In this document: one piece after another, positions 7,902 through 17,745 of the stretch
Position numbering within the stretch: the first letter of the stretch is position 1
Layout of the letters: each line of letters begins with the position of its first letter
Position numbers and translations under genes: made by a program
DNA from: a virus
Taxonomy: Duplodnaviria; Heunggongvirae; Uroviricota; Caudoviricetes
Direction: 5' to 3' (one strand)
Virus record (IMG/VR): IMGVR_UViG_2545824713_000005
DNA: 24,551 bases
Notes under the pieces: model-generated
The model's input: only the letters and a program-made list of their open reading frames with translations
What the model was told of the DNA's origin: nothing
Database searches by the model: none

Positions 7902-10028
7902 ATGGCAGAGACATTAGAGAAAAAACATGAGCGGATCATGCTCAGGTTTGACCGCGCCTATTCTCCACAGAAGGAAGTGCGCGAAAAGTGCATTGAAGCT
8001 ACGAGGTTTGCTCGTGTCCCCGGAGGTCAATGGGAAGGAGCAACGGCGGCTGGAACTAAGCTTGATGAGCAGTTCGAGAAGTATCCTAAGTTTGAAATCA
8101 ATAAGGTAGCAACTGAACTTAACCGCATCATTGCAGAATACCGCAATAACAGAATCACCGTTAAGTTTCGTCCTGGTGACAGAGAGGCAAGCGAAGAGTT
8201 AGCCAATAAATTAAATGGTCTGTTCCGTGCTGACTACGAAGAAACTGATGGCGGTGAGGCTTGCGATAATGCATTTGACGACGCTGCTACTGGTGGTTTC
8301 GGTTGCTTCCGTTTGACGTCGATGCTGGTCAATGAATACGACCCCATGGACGATCGTCAGCGTATTGCTATTGAACCAATATACGACCCGTCGCGCTCTG
8401 TGTGGTTTGACCCTGACGCTAAGAAGTACGACAAATCTGACGCGTTGTGGGCGTTCTGTATGTATTCGTTGTCACCTGAAAAATATGAGGCTGAATACGG
8501 AAAGAAACCTCCTGCTTCTCTGGATGTAACGTCTATGACCAGTTGGGAATATAACTGGTTTGGTGCAGATGTTATTTACATAGCGAAGTATTACGAAGTT
8601 CGTAAAGAGTCTGTTGACGTCATCAGTTATCGACATCCAATCACTGGAGAGATTGCAACATACGACAGTGATCAGGTTGAAGATATTGAAGATGAACTGG
8701 CAATAGCTGGATTTCAGGAAGTGGCAAGGCGCTCAGTGAAGCGCCGTCGTGTGTATGTATCCGTAGTGGATGGTGATGGTTTCCTTGAGAAACCTCGACG
8801 TATTCCTGGTGAGCATATCCCCCTCATCCCGGTTTATGGAAAACGCTGGTTCATTGATGACATTGAGCGTGTCGAAGGGCACATTGCAAAAGCAATGGAT
8901 CCACAGCGTTTGTACAACCTTCAGGTTTCAATGCTGGCTGATACTGCAGCGCAAGACCCCGGTCAGATCCCTATAGTTGGCATGGAGCAAATTCGTGGAC
9001 TTGAGAAGCACTGGGAGGCTCGCAACAAGAAACGCCCAGCGTTCTTGCCGTTGCGCGAAGTGAGAGATAAATCTGGCAACATTATCGCTGGAGCTACCCC
9101 GGCAGGATATACACAGCCTGCGGTTATGAATCAGGCATTGGCTGCATTACTACAGCAAACCAGTGCTGATATTCAGGAGGTTACAGGCGGCAGTCAGGCC
9201 ATGCAGCAGATGCCAAGTAATATTGCTCAGGAAACGGTTAACAACTTGATGAACAGAGCAGATATGGCTTCGTTTATCTATCTGGACAATATGGCGAAAA
9301 GTCTTAAACGCGCTGGTGAAGTATGGCTGTCAATGGCGCGTGAAGTGTACGGTTCAGAACGTGAAGTGCGCATCGTTAACGAAGATGGAAGTGATGATAT
9401 CGCTGTCCTGAGCGCACAGGTTGTTGACAGGCAAACAGGGGCTGTTGTTGCGTTAAATGACCTTTCTGTCGGTCGATACGATGTGACGGTTGATGTTGGA
9501 CCAAGCTACACAGCACGACGTGATGCAACGGTTTCTGTACTGACAAATGTCCTTAGCTCTATGCTTCCAACAGACCCAATGCGCCAGGCAATTCAGGGTA
9601 TTATTCTGGACAATATCGATGGCGAAGGCCTTGATGACTTCAAAGAGTACAACCGAAACCAACTGCTGATATCTGGTATTGCAAAACCACGCAATGAGAA
9701 AGAGCAGCAGATTGTTCAACAGGCGCAAATGGCAGCACAAAGCCAGCCAAATCCTGAAATGGTTCTCGCTCAGGCGCAAATGGTAGCAGCGCAGGCAGAA
9801 GCGCAAAAAGCAACTAACGAAACTGCTCAAACTCAAATCAAAGCATTTACTGCCCAGCAGGATGCGATGGAGAGTCAGGCAAACACTGTCTATAAACTGG
9901 CTCAAGCCAGAAACATCGATGACAAAGCAGTGATGGAGGCAATACGCCTTCTGAAAGATGTCGCCGAGTCACAACAACAGCAATTCCAGTCACCACCACA
10001 GTCACCGGCAGACTTAATGCCGAGTTAA
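7902..10028 (+). CDS. Portal protein (P22 gp1 / Sf6 gp3-like, 708 aa)
   Basis: Start placed at ATG 7902 just after the terL stop (MAETLEKKHERIMLRF...); the track ORF from 7830 overlaps terL. Conserved core ...KRRRVY...GEHIPLIPVYG... resembles P22 portal; Q/A-rich C-terminal tail. Confidence 0.9.
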   Translation: MAETLEKKHERIMLRFDRAYSPQKEVREKCIEATRFARVPGGQWEGATAAGTKLDEQFEKYPKFEINKVATELNRIIAEYRNNRITVKFRPGDREASEELANKLNGLFRADYEETDGGEACDNAFDDAATGGFGCFRLTSMLVNEYDPMDDRQRIAIEPIYDPSRSVWFDPDAKKYDKSDALWAFCMYSLSPEKYEAEYGKKPPASLDVTSMTSWEYNWFGADVIYIAKYYEVRKESVDVISYRHPITGEIATYDSDQVEDIEDELAIAGFQEVARRSVKRRRVYVSVVDGDGFLEKPRRIPGEHIPLIPVYGKRWFIDDIERVEGHIAKAMDPQRLYNLQVSMLADTAAQDPGQIPIVGMEQIRGLEKHWEARNKKRPAFLPLREVRDKSGNIIAGATPAGYTQPAVMNQALAALLQQTSADIQEVTGGSQAMQQMPSNIAQETVNNLMNRADMASFIYLDNMAKSLKRAGEVWLSMAREVYGSEREVRIVNEDGSDDIAVLSAQVVDRQTGAVVALNDLSVGRYDVTVDVGPSYTARRDATVSVLTNVLSSMLPTDPMRQAIQGIILDNIDGEGLDDFKEYNRNQLLISGIAKPRNEKEQQIVQQAQMAAQSQPNPEMVLAQAQMVAAQAEAQKATNETAQTQIKAFTAQQDAMESQANTVYKLAQARNIDDKAVMEAIRLLKDVAESQQQQFQSPPQSPADLMPS

Positions 10029-10041
10029 CCAGGAGTAATCA

Positions 10042-10926
10042 ATGGAAAACGAACTGATCATCGACGGTCAGGTTATTGACCTGTCTGAAGCACAGGAAAA
10101 TGCAGAAGAAACCATCATCCAAACAGAGTCACAGCCTGAGAATGAAAGCCAGGATGACAACGGTAAAGAGGTGGCAACTGAGCCTGAAAAAACCGAAGAG
10201 ACACCAGAAGATTACGCCTTGCGTATTGGTGATGAAGAAATTCAGCTTAACGCTGACGATGATGATCACATTGACGGGCAACCTGCACCGCAATGGGTGA
10301 AAGATCTTCGCAAAGGCTTCAAAGAAACACAGAAAGAAAACCGTGAGTTGCGCCGCCAGCTTGAGGAAGCATTAGCCAAGCCAGCGGAACATCAGCAACC
10401 ACAACCAGACGCTATTCCACCAAAACCGACTCTTGAGTCGTGTGATTATGACGAACAGGCGTTTGAACAGGCATTGACTGATTGGCATGAGAAAAAAGGC
10501 CGTGTCGAACAGCAGCAGCAACAAAAACTACGTCAGCAACAGGAATACCAGCAGCGTTTCCAGCAAAGGGTAGAAGCGCATAAACAACGGGCAGCCAAAC
10601 TTCCTGTGAAAGATTATCAGGAAATGGAAGCCATTGTTCTTAGTGAGCTACCACCAATTCAGCAGGAAATCATCATTCACTGTGCAGACGAAGGCTCTGA
10701 ACTACTCGCCTATGGCTTAGGTAAGAGCCAGCAATTACGCCAGCGTGTAGCCGCTGAGACAGATCCAATTCGCGCAGCATTCCTCTTGGGGCAGATTAGC
10801 AAACAGGTAAGCCTTGCTCCAAAACCAAAGAAAGCCATCAAGCCAGAGCCGGAAGTACGTGGTGGCGGTGCTGATGCGAAACAAGACGAATTCAACAAAT
10901 TATGCCCCGGCGCAAAAATCGAATAA
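10042..10926 (+). CDS. Scaffolding protein (P22 gp8-like, 294 aa)
   Basis: Acidic N-terminus, Q/E/R-rich predicted coiled coil; sits between portal and coat; AGGAG RBS. Confidence 0.75.
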   Translation: MENELIIDGQVIDLSEAQENAEETIIQTESQPENESQDDNGKEVATEPEKTEETPEDYALRIGDEEIQLNADDDDHIDGQPAPQWVKDLRKGFKETQKENRELRRQLEEALAKPAEHQQPQPDAIPPKPTLESCDYDEQAFEQALTDWHEKKGRVEQQQQQKLRQQQEYQQRFQQRVEAHKQRAAKLPVKDYQEMEAIVLSELPPIQQEIIIHCADEGSELLAYGLGKSQQLRQRVAAETDPIRAAFLLGQISKQVSLAPKPKKAIKPEPEVRGGGADAKQDEFNKLCPGAKIE

Positions 10927-10937
10927 GGAAAAGATAA

Positions 10938-12209
10938 ATGCCTAACAATCTCGACAGTAACGTCAGTCAAATCGTTCTGAAAAAATTCCTTCCGGGTTTT
11001 ATGTCAGATTTAGTTCTGGCGAAAACCGTAGACCGTCAGTTGCTGGCAGGTGAAATCAACTCCAGCACTGGCGATAGCGTTAGCTTTAAACGTCCGCATC
11101 AATTCTCATCCCTCCGTACTCCCACTGGTGATATTTCAGGGCAAAATAAAAACAACCTGATCTCAGGTAAAGCTACGGGGCGTGTAGGTAACTACATCAC
11201 TGTTGCTGTTGAATATCAGCAACTGGAGGAAGCGATCAAGCTTAACCAGCTGGAAGAAATTCTCGCGCCGGTTCGCCAGCGAATCGTTACCGACCTTGAA
11301 ACAGAGCTTGCTCACTTCATGATGAATAACGGTGCGTTGTCACTTGGTAGCCCCAATACTCCAATCACCAAATGGTCTGATGTTGCGCAGACGGCATCTT
11401 TCCTGAAAGACCTCGGCGTTAATGAAGGTGAAAACTATGCTGTAATGGATCCATGGTCTGCACAGCGACTTGCTGATGCGCAGACTGGTTTGCACGCTTC
11501 AGATCAATTGGTTCGTACTGCATGGGAGAATGCACAGATCCCAACCAATTTTGGCGGCATTCGCGCACTGATGTCTAATGGGCTTGCCTCTCGTACGCAG
11601 GGGGCATTTGGCGGAACACTGACAGTCAAAACACAGCCAACTGTTACCTATAACGCAGTTAAAGACTCATACCAGTTCACTGTAACATTGACCGGAGCGA
11701 CAGCCAGCGTTACAGGTTTTCTGAAAGCTGGTGATCAGGTTAAATTCACCAATACCTACTGGCTGCAACAGCAGACCAAACAGGCGTTGTATAACGGAGC
11801 CACACCAATTAGCTTCACTGCAACGGTTACTGCTGATGCTAATTCAGACAGCAGTGGCGATGTGACGGTTACGCTTTCTGGTGTTCCGATTTATGACACT
11901 ACAAACCCGCAGTACAACTCTGTAAGTCGTCAGGTAGCGGCAGGCGATGCCGTATCTGTAGTAGGCACTGCTAGCCAGACAATGAAGCCAAACCTGTTCT
12001 ATAACAAGTTCTTCTGTGGACTTGGCTCTATCCCACTGCCGAAACTGCACAGTATTGATTCTGCTGTTGCAACATATGAAGGTTTCTCCATCCGCGTACA
12101 TAAATACGCAGATGGCGATGCCAACGTGCAAAAAATGCGCTTTGACTTACTGCCTGCATATGTGTGCTTTAACCCTCACATGGGCGGTCAGTTCTTCGGT
12201 AATCCGTAA
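10938..12209 (+). CDS. Major capsid (coat) protein (P22 gp5 / Sf6 gp5-like, 423 aa)
   Basis: Gene order and size; followed by a strong intrinsic terminator, as expected for a highly expressed coat gene. Confidence 0.85.
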   Translation: MPNNLDSNVSQIVLKKFLPGFMSDLVLAKTVDRQLLAGEINSSTGDSVSFKRPHQFSSLRTPTGDISGQNKNNLISGKATGRVGNYITVAVEYQQLEEAIKLNQLEEILAPVRQRIVTDLETELAHFMMNNGALSLGSPNTPITKWSDVAQTASFLKDLGVNEGENYAVMDPWSAQRLADAQTGLHASDQLVRTAWENAQIPTNFGGIRALMSNGLASRTQGAFGGTLTVKTQPTVTYNAVKDSYQFTVTLTGATASVTGFLKAGDQVKFTNTYWLQQQTKQALYNGATPISFTATVTADANSDSSGDVTVTLSGVPIYDTTNPQYNSVSRQVAAGDAVSVVGTASQTMKPNLFYNKFFCGLGSIPLPKLHSIDSAVATYEGFSIRVHKYADGDANVQKMRFDLLPAYVCFNPHMGGQFFGNP

Positions 12210-12213
12210 TAAC

Positions 12214-12240
12214 AAGGGGCTTCCGCCCCTTTTATGTTTT
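12214..12240 (+). terminator. Intrinsic terminator after coat gene
   Basis: AAGGGGC-TTCC-GCCCCTT hairpin followed by TTTTATGTTTT, 5 bp after the coat stop. Confidence 0.6.
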
Positions 12241-12251
12241 AAGGAAACAAT

Positions 12252-12437
12252 ATGGATCGCATGAGTGTATTCCTTGCCGCAGATAACGAATCCGGACATG
12301 TACAGGCCGTTATCGCAGAAAAAGACTTCCAGTTTTTCGAAAAGTTGGGCTTTGTTGCCTCAGTTGATGAATTGAAACCGACCAGTAAGCGAGGTCGTAA
12401 GGCGGCAGACAATGGCAACAGTACTGACAAAGGGTGA
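12252..12437 (+). CDS. Hypothetical small protein (61 aa)
   Basis: ATG with AAGGAAA RBS right after the coat terminator; MDRMSVFLAADNESGHVQAVIAEKDF...; 3' end overlaps next gene start. Confidence 0.4.
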   Translation: MDRMSVFLAADNESGHVQAVIAEKDFQFFEKLGFVASVDELKPTSKRGRKAADNGNSTDKG

Positions 12438-12894
12438 GATCGTCCTTTTTGCGCTTCGTAAGTTTGCTATTGCTTCTAATGCATCGCTGACTGATGTTGA
12501 GCCGCAATCAATTGAAGATGGTGTAAATGATCTGGAAGATATGATGTCCGAGTGGATGATTAACCCCGGCGACATTGGTTACGCTTTCGCAACTGGAGAT
12601 GAGCAGCCATTACCAGATGATGAGTCAGGTCTTCCAAGAAAATACAAACACGCAGTAGGCTATCAGTTATTGCTGAGAATGCTATCTGATTACAGCCTTG
12701 AGCCAACTCCGCAAGTTCTCAGTAACGCCCAACGCTCATATGATGCCTTGATGACCGACACTCTGGTTGTTCCTTCAATGCGACGACGTGGAGATTTTCC
12801 TGTAGGACAGGGTAATAAATATGACGTGTTTACATCTGACCGATATTATCCAGGCGATCTCCCTATGATTGATGGCGATATCCCAAACGCATAG
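12412..12894 (+). CDS. Head-completion / tail accessory factor (P22 gp4-like)
   Basis: 160 aa; LTDVEPQS and DLE.MM.EW motifs resemble the recalled P22 gp4; position after coat. Confidence 0.7.
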   Translation: MATVLTKGEIVLFALRKFAIASNASLTDVEPQSIEDGVNDLEDMMSEWMINPGDIGYAFATGDEQPLPDDESGLPRKYKHAVGYQLLLRMLSDYSLEPTPQVLSNAQRSYDALMTDTLVVPSMRRRGDFPVGQGNKYDVFTSDRYYPGDLPMIDGDIPNA

Positions 12895-12902
12895 GTGAAT
12901 AA

Positions 12903-14321
12903 ATGCCGATTCAGCAACTTCCGCTTATGAAAGGTGTCGGCAAAGACTTTCGAAACGCCGACTATATCGACTATCTGCCAGTGAATATGCTGGCTACACC
13001 AAAAGAAATCCTTAACAGCAGCGGATATCTTCGCTCATTCCCGGGCATTGCCAAACGTTCTGATGTGAACGGTATATCGCGCGGCGTCGAGTACAACATG
13101 GCGCAGAGTGCTGTATATCGCGTGTGTGGGGGCAAGCTGTATAAGGGCGAAAGCGAAGTCGGTGATGTTGCCGGAAGTGGTCGTGTATCAATGGCGCATG
13201 GTCGGACATCTCAGGCTGTAGGCGTTAATGGTCAACTGGTAGAGTATCGCTATGATGGCACGGTTAAAACAGTCTCAAACTGGCCTACAGACAGCGGATT
13301 CACTCAGTATGAGTTAGGTTCGGTTCGCGACATTACTCGTTTACGTGGGCGTTATGCGTGGTCAAAAGACGGCACTGATTCATGGTTTATCACTGACCTT
13401 GAAGACGAATCGCATCCTGACCGTTACAGCGCACAATATCGTGCCGAGTCTCAGCCGGACGGCATCATCGGTATCGGGACATGGCGAGACTTCATCGTCT
13501 GCTTTGGTTCATCGACTATTGAATATTTCTCCCTGACTGGCGCAACCACCGTTGGTGCTGCTTTGTATGTCGCACAGCCATCACTGATGGTGCAAAAAGG
13601 CATCGCCGGGACTTACTGCAAAACGCCGTTTGCTGATTCGTATGCGTTCATCAGCAATCCGGCAACGGGTGCGCCGTCTGTATACATCATCGGCTCCGGT
13701 CAGGTGTCACCAATCGCCAGCGCGAGCATTGAGAAAATCCTCCGCTCCTACACTGCTGATGAACTGGCTGATGGTGTGATGGAATCGCTGCGATTTGATG
13801 CTCATGAGTTGCTGATTATCCACCTTCCGCGCCATGTTCTCGTGTACGACGCATCTTCAAGCGCCAATGGTCCGCAATGGTGTGTGCTGAAAACAGGTCT
13901 GTATGACGATGTGTACCGCGCTATCGACTTCATTTACGAAGGCAATCAGATAACGTGCGGCGATAAACTGGAGTCCGTGACCGGGAAATTGCAATTCGAC
14001 ATCAGCAGCCAGTACGACAAGCAACAGGAACACCTGCTGTTTACTCCACTGTTCAAAGCGGATAACGCCAGATGCTTCGATCTGGAGGTGGAATCATCCA
14101 CTGGCGTAGCTCAGTACGCCGACCGCCTGTTCCTCTCTGCAACCACTGACGGCATAAATTACGGGCGTGAGCAGATGATTGAACAGAATGAACCGTTCAT
14201 TTACGACAAACGTGTTTTGTGGAAGCGTGTCGGGCGCATCAGGAAAAATGTCGGCTTCAAATTGCGCGTTATCACGAAGTCACCTGTCACTCTGTCAGGC
14301 TGCCAGATAAGGATCGAGTAA
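12903..14321 (+). CDS. Tail hub protein (P22 gp10-like, 472 aa)
   Basis: Size identical to the recalled P22 gp10 and conserved order gp4-gp10-gp26. Confidence 0.75.
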   Translation: MPIQQLPLMKGVGKDFRNADYIDYLPVNMLATPKEILNSSGYLRSFPGIAKRSDVNGISRGVEYNMAQSAVYRVCGGKLYKGESEVGDVAGSGRVSMAHGRTSQAVGVNGQLVEYRYDGTVKTVSNWPTDSGFTQYELGSVRDITRLRGRYAWSKDGTDSWFITDLEDESHPDRYSAQYRAESQPDGIIGIGTWRDFIVCFGSSTIEYFSLTGATTVGAALYVAQPSLMVQKGIAGTYCKTPFADSYAFISNPATGAPSVYIIGSGQVSPIASASIEKILRSYTADELADGVMESLRFDAHELLIIHLPRHVLVYDASSSANGPQWCVLKTGLYDDVYRAIDFIYEGNQITCGDKLESVTGKLQFDISSQYDKQQEHLLFTPLFKADNARCFDLEVESSTGVAQYADRLFLSATTDGINYGREQMIEQNEPFIYDKRVLWKRVGRIRKNVGFKLRVITKSPVTLSGCQIRIE

Positions 14322-15169
14322 TGGCTGATTCGAATCTCAATGAGCCGGTAATCATTCAGGCTACACGACTCGACACATCAGTCCTTCCACGCAATATCTT
14401 CTCGCAGTCATATCTGCTGTACGTTATCGCACAGGGTACTGATGTTGGTAACGTGGCGAACAAGGCCAACGAAGCAGGGCAGGGCGCTTATGATGCACAA
14501 GTCAGGAACGATGAGCAGGATGTGATTCTCTCTGACCATGAGCAACGAATTTCTGCTGCGGAAGCAACGCTTGTTAATCATGAGGAGCGAATCAGCCAGG
14601 CAGAATCAACTCTTCAGGAACATGAAACGCGAATCACTCAGAATGAAAGCGATATTGCGTCGCTTGATACCAGAGTTCAGTCGCTGGAATCGCAGGTTTC
14701 AGACCATGAAACGCGCATCGATGCTCTGGAGTATGCCACTACTCGCAAGAAGTCAGAGGTTGTTTACTCTGGCGTATCAGTAACCATTCCGACAGCGCCG
14801 ACCAACCTTGTTAGCCTGCTGAAAACGCTCACGCCGTCATCCGGCACGTTGGCACCATTCTTCGACACCGTTAACAACAAGATGGTTGTGTTCAACGAGA
14901 ACAAAACCTTGTTCTTCAAGCTGTCGATCGTCGGGACGTGGCCCAGCGGAACCGCAAACAGGTCAATGCAGCTAACCTTTTCCGGCTCTGTTCCTGACAC
15001 ACTGGTCAGCAGTCGTAATGCGGAGACAACAACCGACAACATCCTGTTAGCTACGTTCTTCAGCGTGGATAAAGACGGCTTTCTTGCCACAAATGGCAGT
15101 ACGTTAACCATTCAGTCAAATGGGGCGGCGTTTACTGCCACAACCATCAAGATAATCGCGGAGCAGTAA
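14321..15169 (+). CDS. Tail needle / cell-puncturing protein (P22 gp26-like, Sf6-type with C-terminal knob, 282 aa)
   Basis: Start at [43 protein letters not shown] (resembles P22 gp26 N-terminus); heptad-repeat trimeric coiled coil (HE.RI...E.TL repeats); C-terminal beta-rich domain; TAATG overlap with gp10. Confidence 0.85.
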   Translation: MADSNLNEPVIIQATRLDTSVLPRNIFSQSYLLYVIAQGTDVGNVANKANEAGQGAYDAQVRNDEQDVILSDHEQRISAAEATLVNHEERISQAESTLQEHETRITQNESDIASLDTRVQSLESQVSDHETRIDALEYATTRKKSEVVYSGVSVTIPTAPTNLVSLLKTLTPSSGTLAPFFDTVNNKMVVFNENKTLFFKLSIVGTWPSGTANRSMQLTFSGSVPDTLVSSRNAETTTDNILLATFFSVDKDGFLATNGSTLTIQSNGAAFTATTIKIIAEQ

Positions 15170-15624
15170 TGATTCAGTTCAAACCAACGCGAAACATCGA
15201 CCTGATCGAAGCAGTCGGAAATCACCCTGACATTATTGCCGGAAGCAACAACGGTGATGGATACGACTACAAGCCTGAATGCCGTTACTTTGAGGTGAAC
15301 GTGCACGGGCAGTTCGGCGGCATTGTTTACTATCAGGAGATTCAGCCGCTGACATTCGATTGCCACGCCATGTACCTGCCAGAGATTCGCGGCTTCAGCA
15401 AGGAAATCGGGCTGGCGTTCTGGCGATACATTCTGACTAACACCACCGTTCAGTGCGTCACATCGTTCGCCGCACGCAAATTCCGCCACGGGCAGATTTA
15501 CTGCGCAATGATTGGCCTTAAGCGTGTAGGAACCATCAAGAAATACTTCAAAGGCGTGGATGATGTGACTTTTTACAGCGCAACACGCGAAGAACTAATC
15601 GACTTCCTGAATCACGGGAGATAG
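15169..15624 (+). CDS. P22 gp14-like protein (151 aa)
   Basis: Position between tail needle and ejection proteins; start overlaps needle stop (TAATG). Confidence 0.55.
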   Translation: MIQFKPTRNIDLIEAVGNHPDIIAGSNNGDGYDYKPECRYFEVNVHGQFGGIVYYQEIQPLTFDCHAMYLPEIRGFSKEIGLAFWRYILTNTTVQCVTSFAARKFRHGQIYCAMIGLKRVGTIKKYFKGVDDVTFYSATREELIDFLNHGR

Positions 15625-15626
15625 CC

Positions 15627-16319
15627 ATGTTATATGCATTTAAGATGGGCAGAAAACTGCGTGGCGAGGAACCTTATTGCCCTGAAAAAGGCGGGAAAGG
15701 TGGCAGTTCTGATAAAAGCGCAAAGTATGCAGCAGAAGCTCAGAAGTATGCCGCAGACCTGCAAAATCAGCAGTTCAACACCATCATGAATAACCTGAAG
15801 CCGTTTACTCCTCTGGCTGAGAAGTATGTCGGCAGCCTCGAAAACTTATCGTCTCTGGAGGGGCAAGGTCAGGCACTTAACCAGTATTACAACTCTCAGC
15901 AGTATAAAGACCTTGCAGGTCAGGCTCGCTATCAGAGTCTGGCGGCAGCGGAAGCAACAGGTGGATTGGGTTCCACCGCAACCAGTAATCAGTTAGCAAC
16001 AATCGCACCAACGCTTGGTCAGCAATGGCTATCTGGACAAATGAACAATTACAACAACCTGGCAAATATCGGTCTTGGCGCTCTTCAGGGACAGGCAAAC
16101 GCCGGGCAAACATATGCCAACAACATGAGTCAGATTTCGCAGCAAAGTGCGGCTCTTGCAGCGGCAAATGCCAACAGACCATCAGCAATGCAATCTGCTA
16201 TTGGCGGAGGTGCGTCTGGTGCTATTGCTGGGGCCGGACTTGCGAAATTAATTGGTTCATCAACTCCGTGGGGGGCTGCGATCGGCGGCGGTCTTGGTCT
16301 GCTTGGCTCGTTGTTTTAA
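15627..16319 (+). CDS. Ejection (internal virion) protein, P22 gp7-like (230 aa)
   Basis: Size and order; Q/N/A-rich with C-terminal Gly/Ala-rich hydrophobic segment (AIGGGASGAIAGAGLAKLIG...GGGLGLLGSLF). Confidence 0.7.
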   Translation: MLYAFKMGRKLRGEEPYCPEKGGKGGSSDKSAKYAAEAQKYAADLQNQQFNTIMNNLKPFTPLAEKYVGSLENLSSLEGQGQALNQYYNSQQYKDLAGQARYQSLAAAEATGGLGSTATSNQLATIAPTLGQQWLSGQMNNYNNLANIGLGALQGQANAGQTYANNMSQISQQSAALAAANANRPSAMQSAIGGGASGAIAGAGLAKLIGSSTPWGAAIGGGLGLLGSLF

Positions 16320-16329
16320 GGGGTAATCA

Positions 16330-17745
16330 ATGGCTACGTGGCAACAGGGTATTAATTCTGGTGGTTTTCTGGCTGGCATCGGTACGCAAAATGAGAATGC
16401 GCCAAAGGCAAGCGACATTAACGCAACGCTTGGTCTGATCCGCGAAAACAATGAACTGGCTCGCTCAGGTGCAAATAACGTTGGCCTGACCGCGTTACGT
16501 GGTCTGGCTGGAGTTGCTGATATTTACAATCAGGAACAGCAACAGAAAGCTATTAGTGCGTTCAATAAGGTTCACGCTGATGCATGGGCTTCTGGTGATC
16601 CATCGGGACTATTTAAGTTTGCCCAGGAAAATCCAGCGTTTGTTGCACAGGCACAACAGGCGTTTTCCGGTCTTAATGATCAGCAACGCAACGATATGGG
16701 CGATTTAGCCATGAGGGCTAACGTCGCTCTTTCTCAGGGGCCGGAAGCCTACAGTAAATTCATTACTGACAACAAGGACAGGTTAAATCGCGTTGGTGCT
16801 AATGCTGACTGGATGATTCAGACAGGTATCCAGAATCCAGAGCAGCTATCACACATGCTGACTACTATGTCTCTCGGTGCGCTTGGACCAGAAAAGGCGT
16901 TTGCTGTTCAGGATAAGATGGCTGGTCGTGAAATTGACCGAGGCAGGCTGGCAGAGACAATCCGCAGCAATCAGGCTGGTGAAGCACTTCAGGCGAGAGG
17001 GCAAAACCTTTCCTATCAGTCAGCAATGACTGGGCACAATATCGCAGCACAACGCTTGGCTCTGGATCAGCAAGAGTTCGGGTTTAAGATGCAGCAAGCG
17101 CAGGAAAAGGCTCAGCAGTTGATTAGCGAAGCACCTAAGCTGTCAGTAAACATGGAAAAAGGAATCGAGACGGCTGTAAACAATGCCACAGCATCATCAA
17201 ACTCAGCCAATTCCATGAGTGCGCTTGCTCAACAGTTCAGAGCAGAAAAACCAACGACAGGTTTGTTCGGTAACGCACAGAACATGTTCGCAAAACTTAC
17301 CGGAAGCGATACGACATTGCGTGATTTGCGCATTCGCCAAAATGCCCTTGTTAACAGTCAGGTTCTTAAATTCCTACCTCCCGGCCCAGCAACGGATAAA
17401 GACGTTGAGATCGTTAGACAGGGTGCGCCAACTGACATGGATAACCCTGAGACGGTCGCAAGATGGCTTGATGCAATGGCAAACCTTGAGCGACGAAACG
17501 CGCAGTTTAATGAGTTTAAAGCCGAGTGGATGAGCGCGAATGGCAACCCTGGACAATCGCGTAATGGCGGTCAGATATTGGGGTTGGATGTTAAAAAAGG
17601 TGAATCATTGGGGAGTGCCGTTAAGCGGTATATGTCAATGAATACTGACGCAGCGCCAGCACAAGATTCGACACCTTCAGGAGAACCACGGAGTCAGGTT
17701 GGATCATATACCTCAAAATCAGGCATTCAATTTACGGTGGAATGA
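16330..17745 (+). CDS. Ejection protein, P22 gp20-like (471 aa)
   Basis: Size identical to the recalled P22 gp20 and conserved order gp7-gp20-gp16. Confidence 0.7.
   Translation: MATWQQGINSGGFLAGIGTQNENAPKASDINATLGLIRENNELARSGANNVGLTALRGLAGVADIYNQEQQQKAISAFNKVHADAWASGDPSGLFKFAQENPAFVAQAQQAFSGLNDQQRNDMGDLAMRANVALSQGPEAYSKFITDNKDRLNRVGANADWMIQTGIQNPEQLSHMLTTMSLGALGPEKAFAVQDKMAGREIDRGRLAETIRSNQAGEALQARGQNLSYQSAMTGHNIAAQRLALDQQEFGFKMQQAQEKAQQLISEAPKLSVNMEKGIETAVNNATASSNSANSMSALAQQFRAEKPTTGLFGNAQNMFAKLTGSDTTLRDLRIRQNALVNSQVLKFLPPGPATDKDVEIVRQGAPTDMDNPETVARWLDAMANLERRNAQFNEFKAEWMSANGNPGQSRNGGQILGLDVKKGESLGSAVKRYMSMNTDAAPAQDSTPSGEPRSQVGSYTSKSGIQFTVE

Noticed and set aside
9453-9905. 150-aa minus-strand ORF inside the portal gene
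   Set aside because: Antisense to a conserved structural gene; Cys/Leu-rich low-complexity translation; no start signals.
10480-10570. CAG/CAA-rich stretch in the scaffold gene, and a similar one at the portal 3' end (about 9700-10000)
   Set aside because: These encode Gln-rich coiled-coil segments of the proteins; imperfect and in-frame, not a distinct repeat element or CRISPR-like array.
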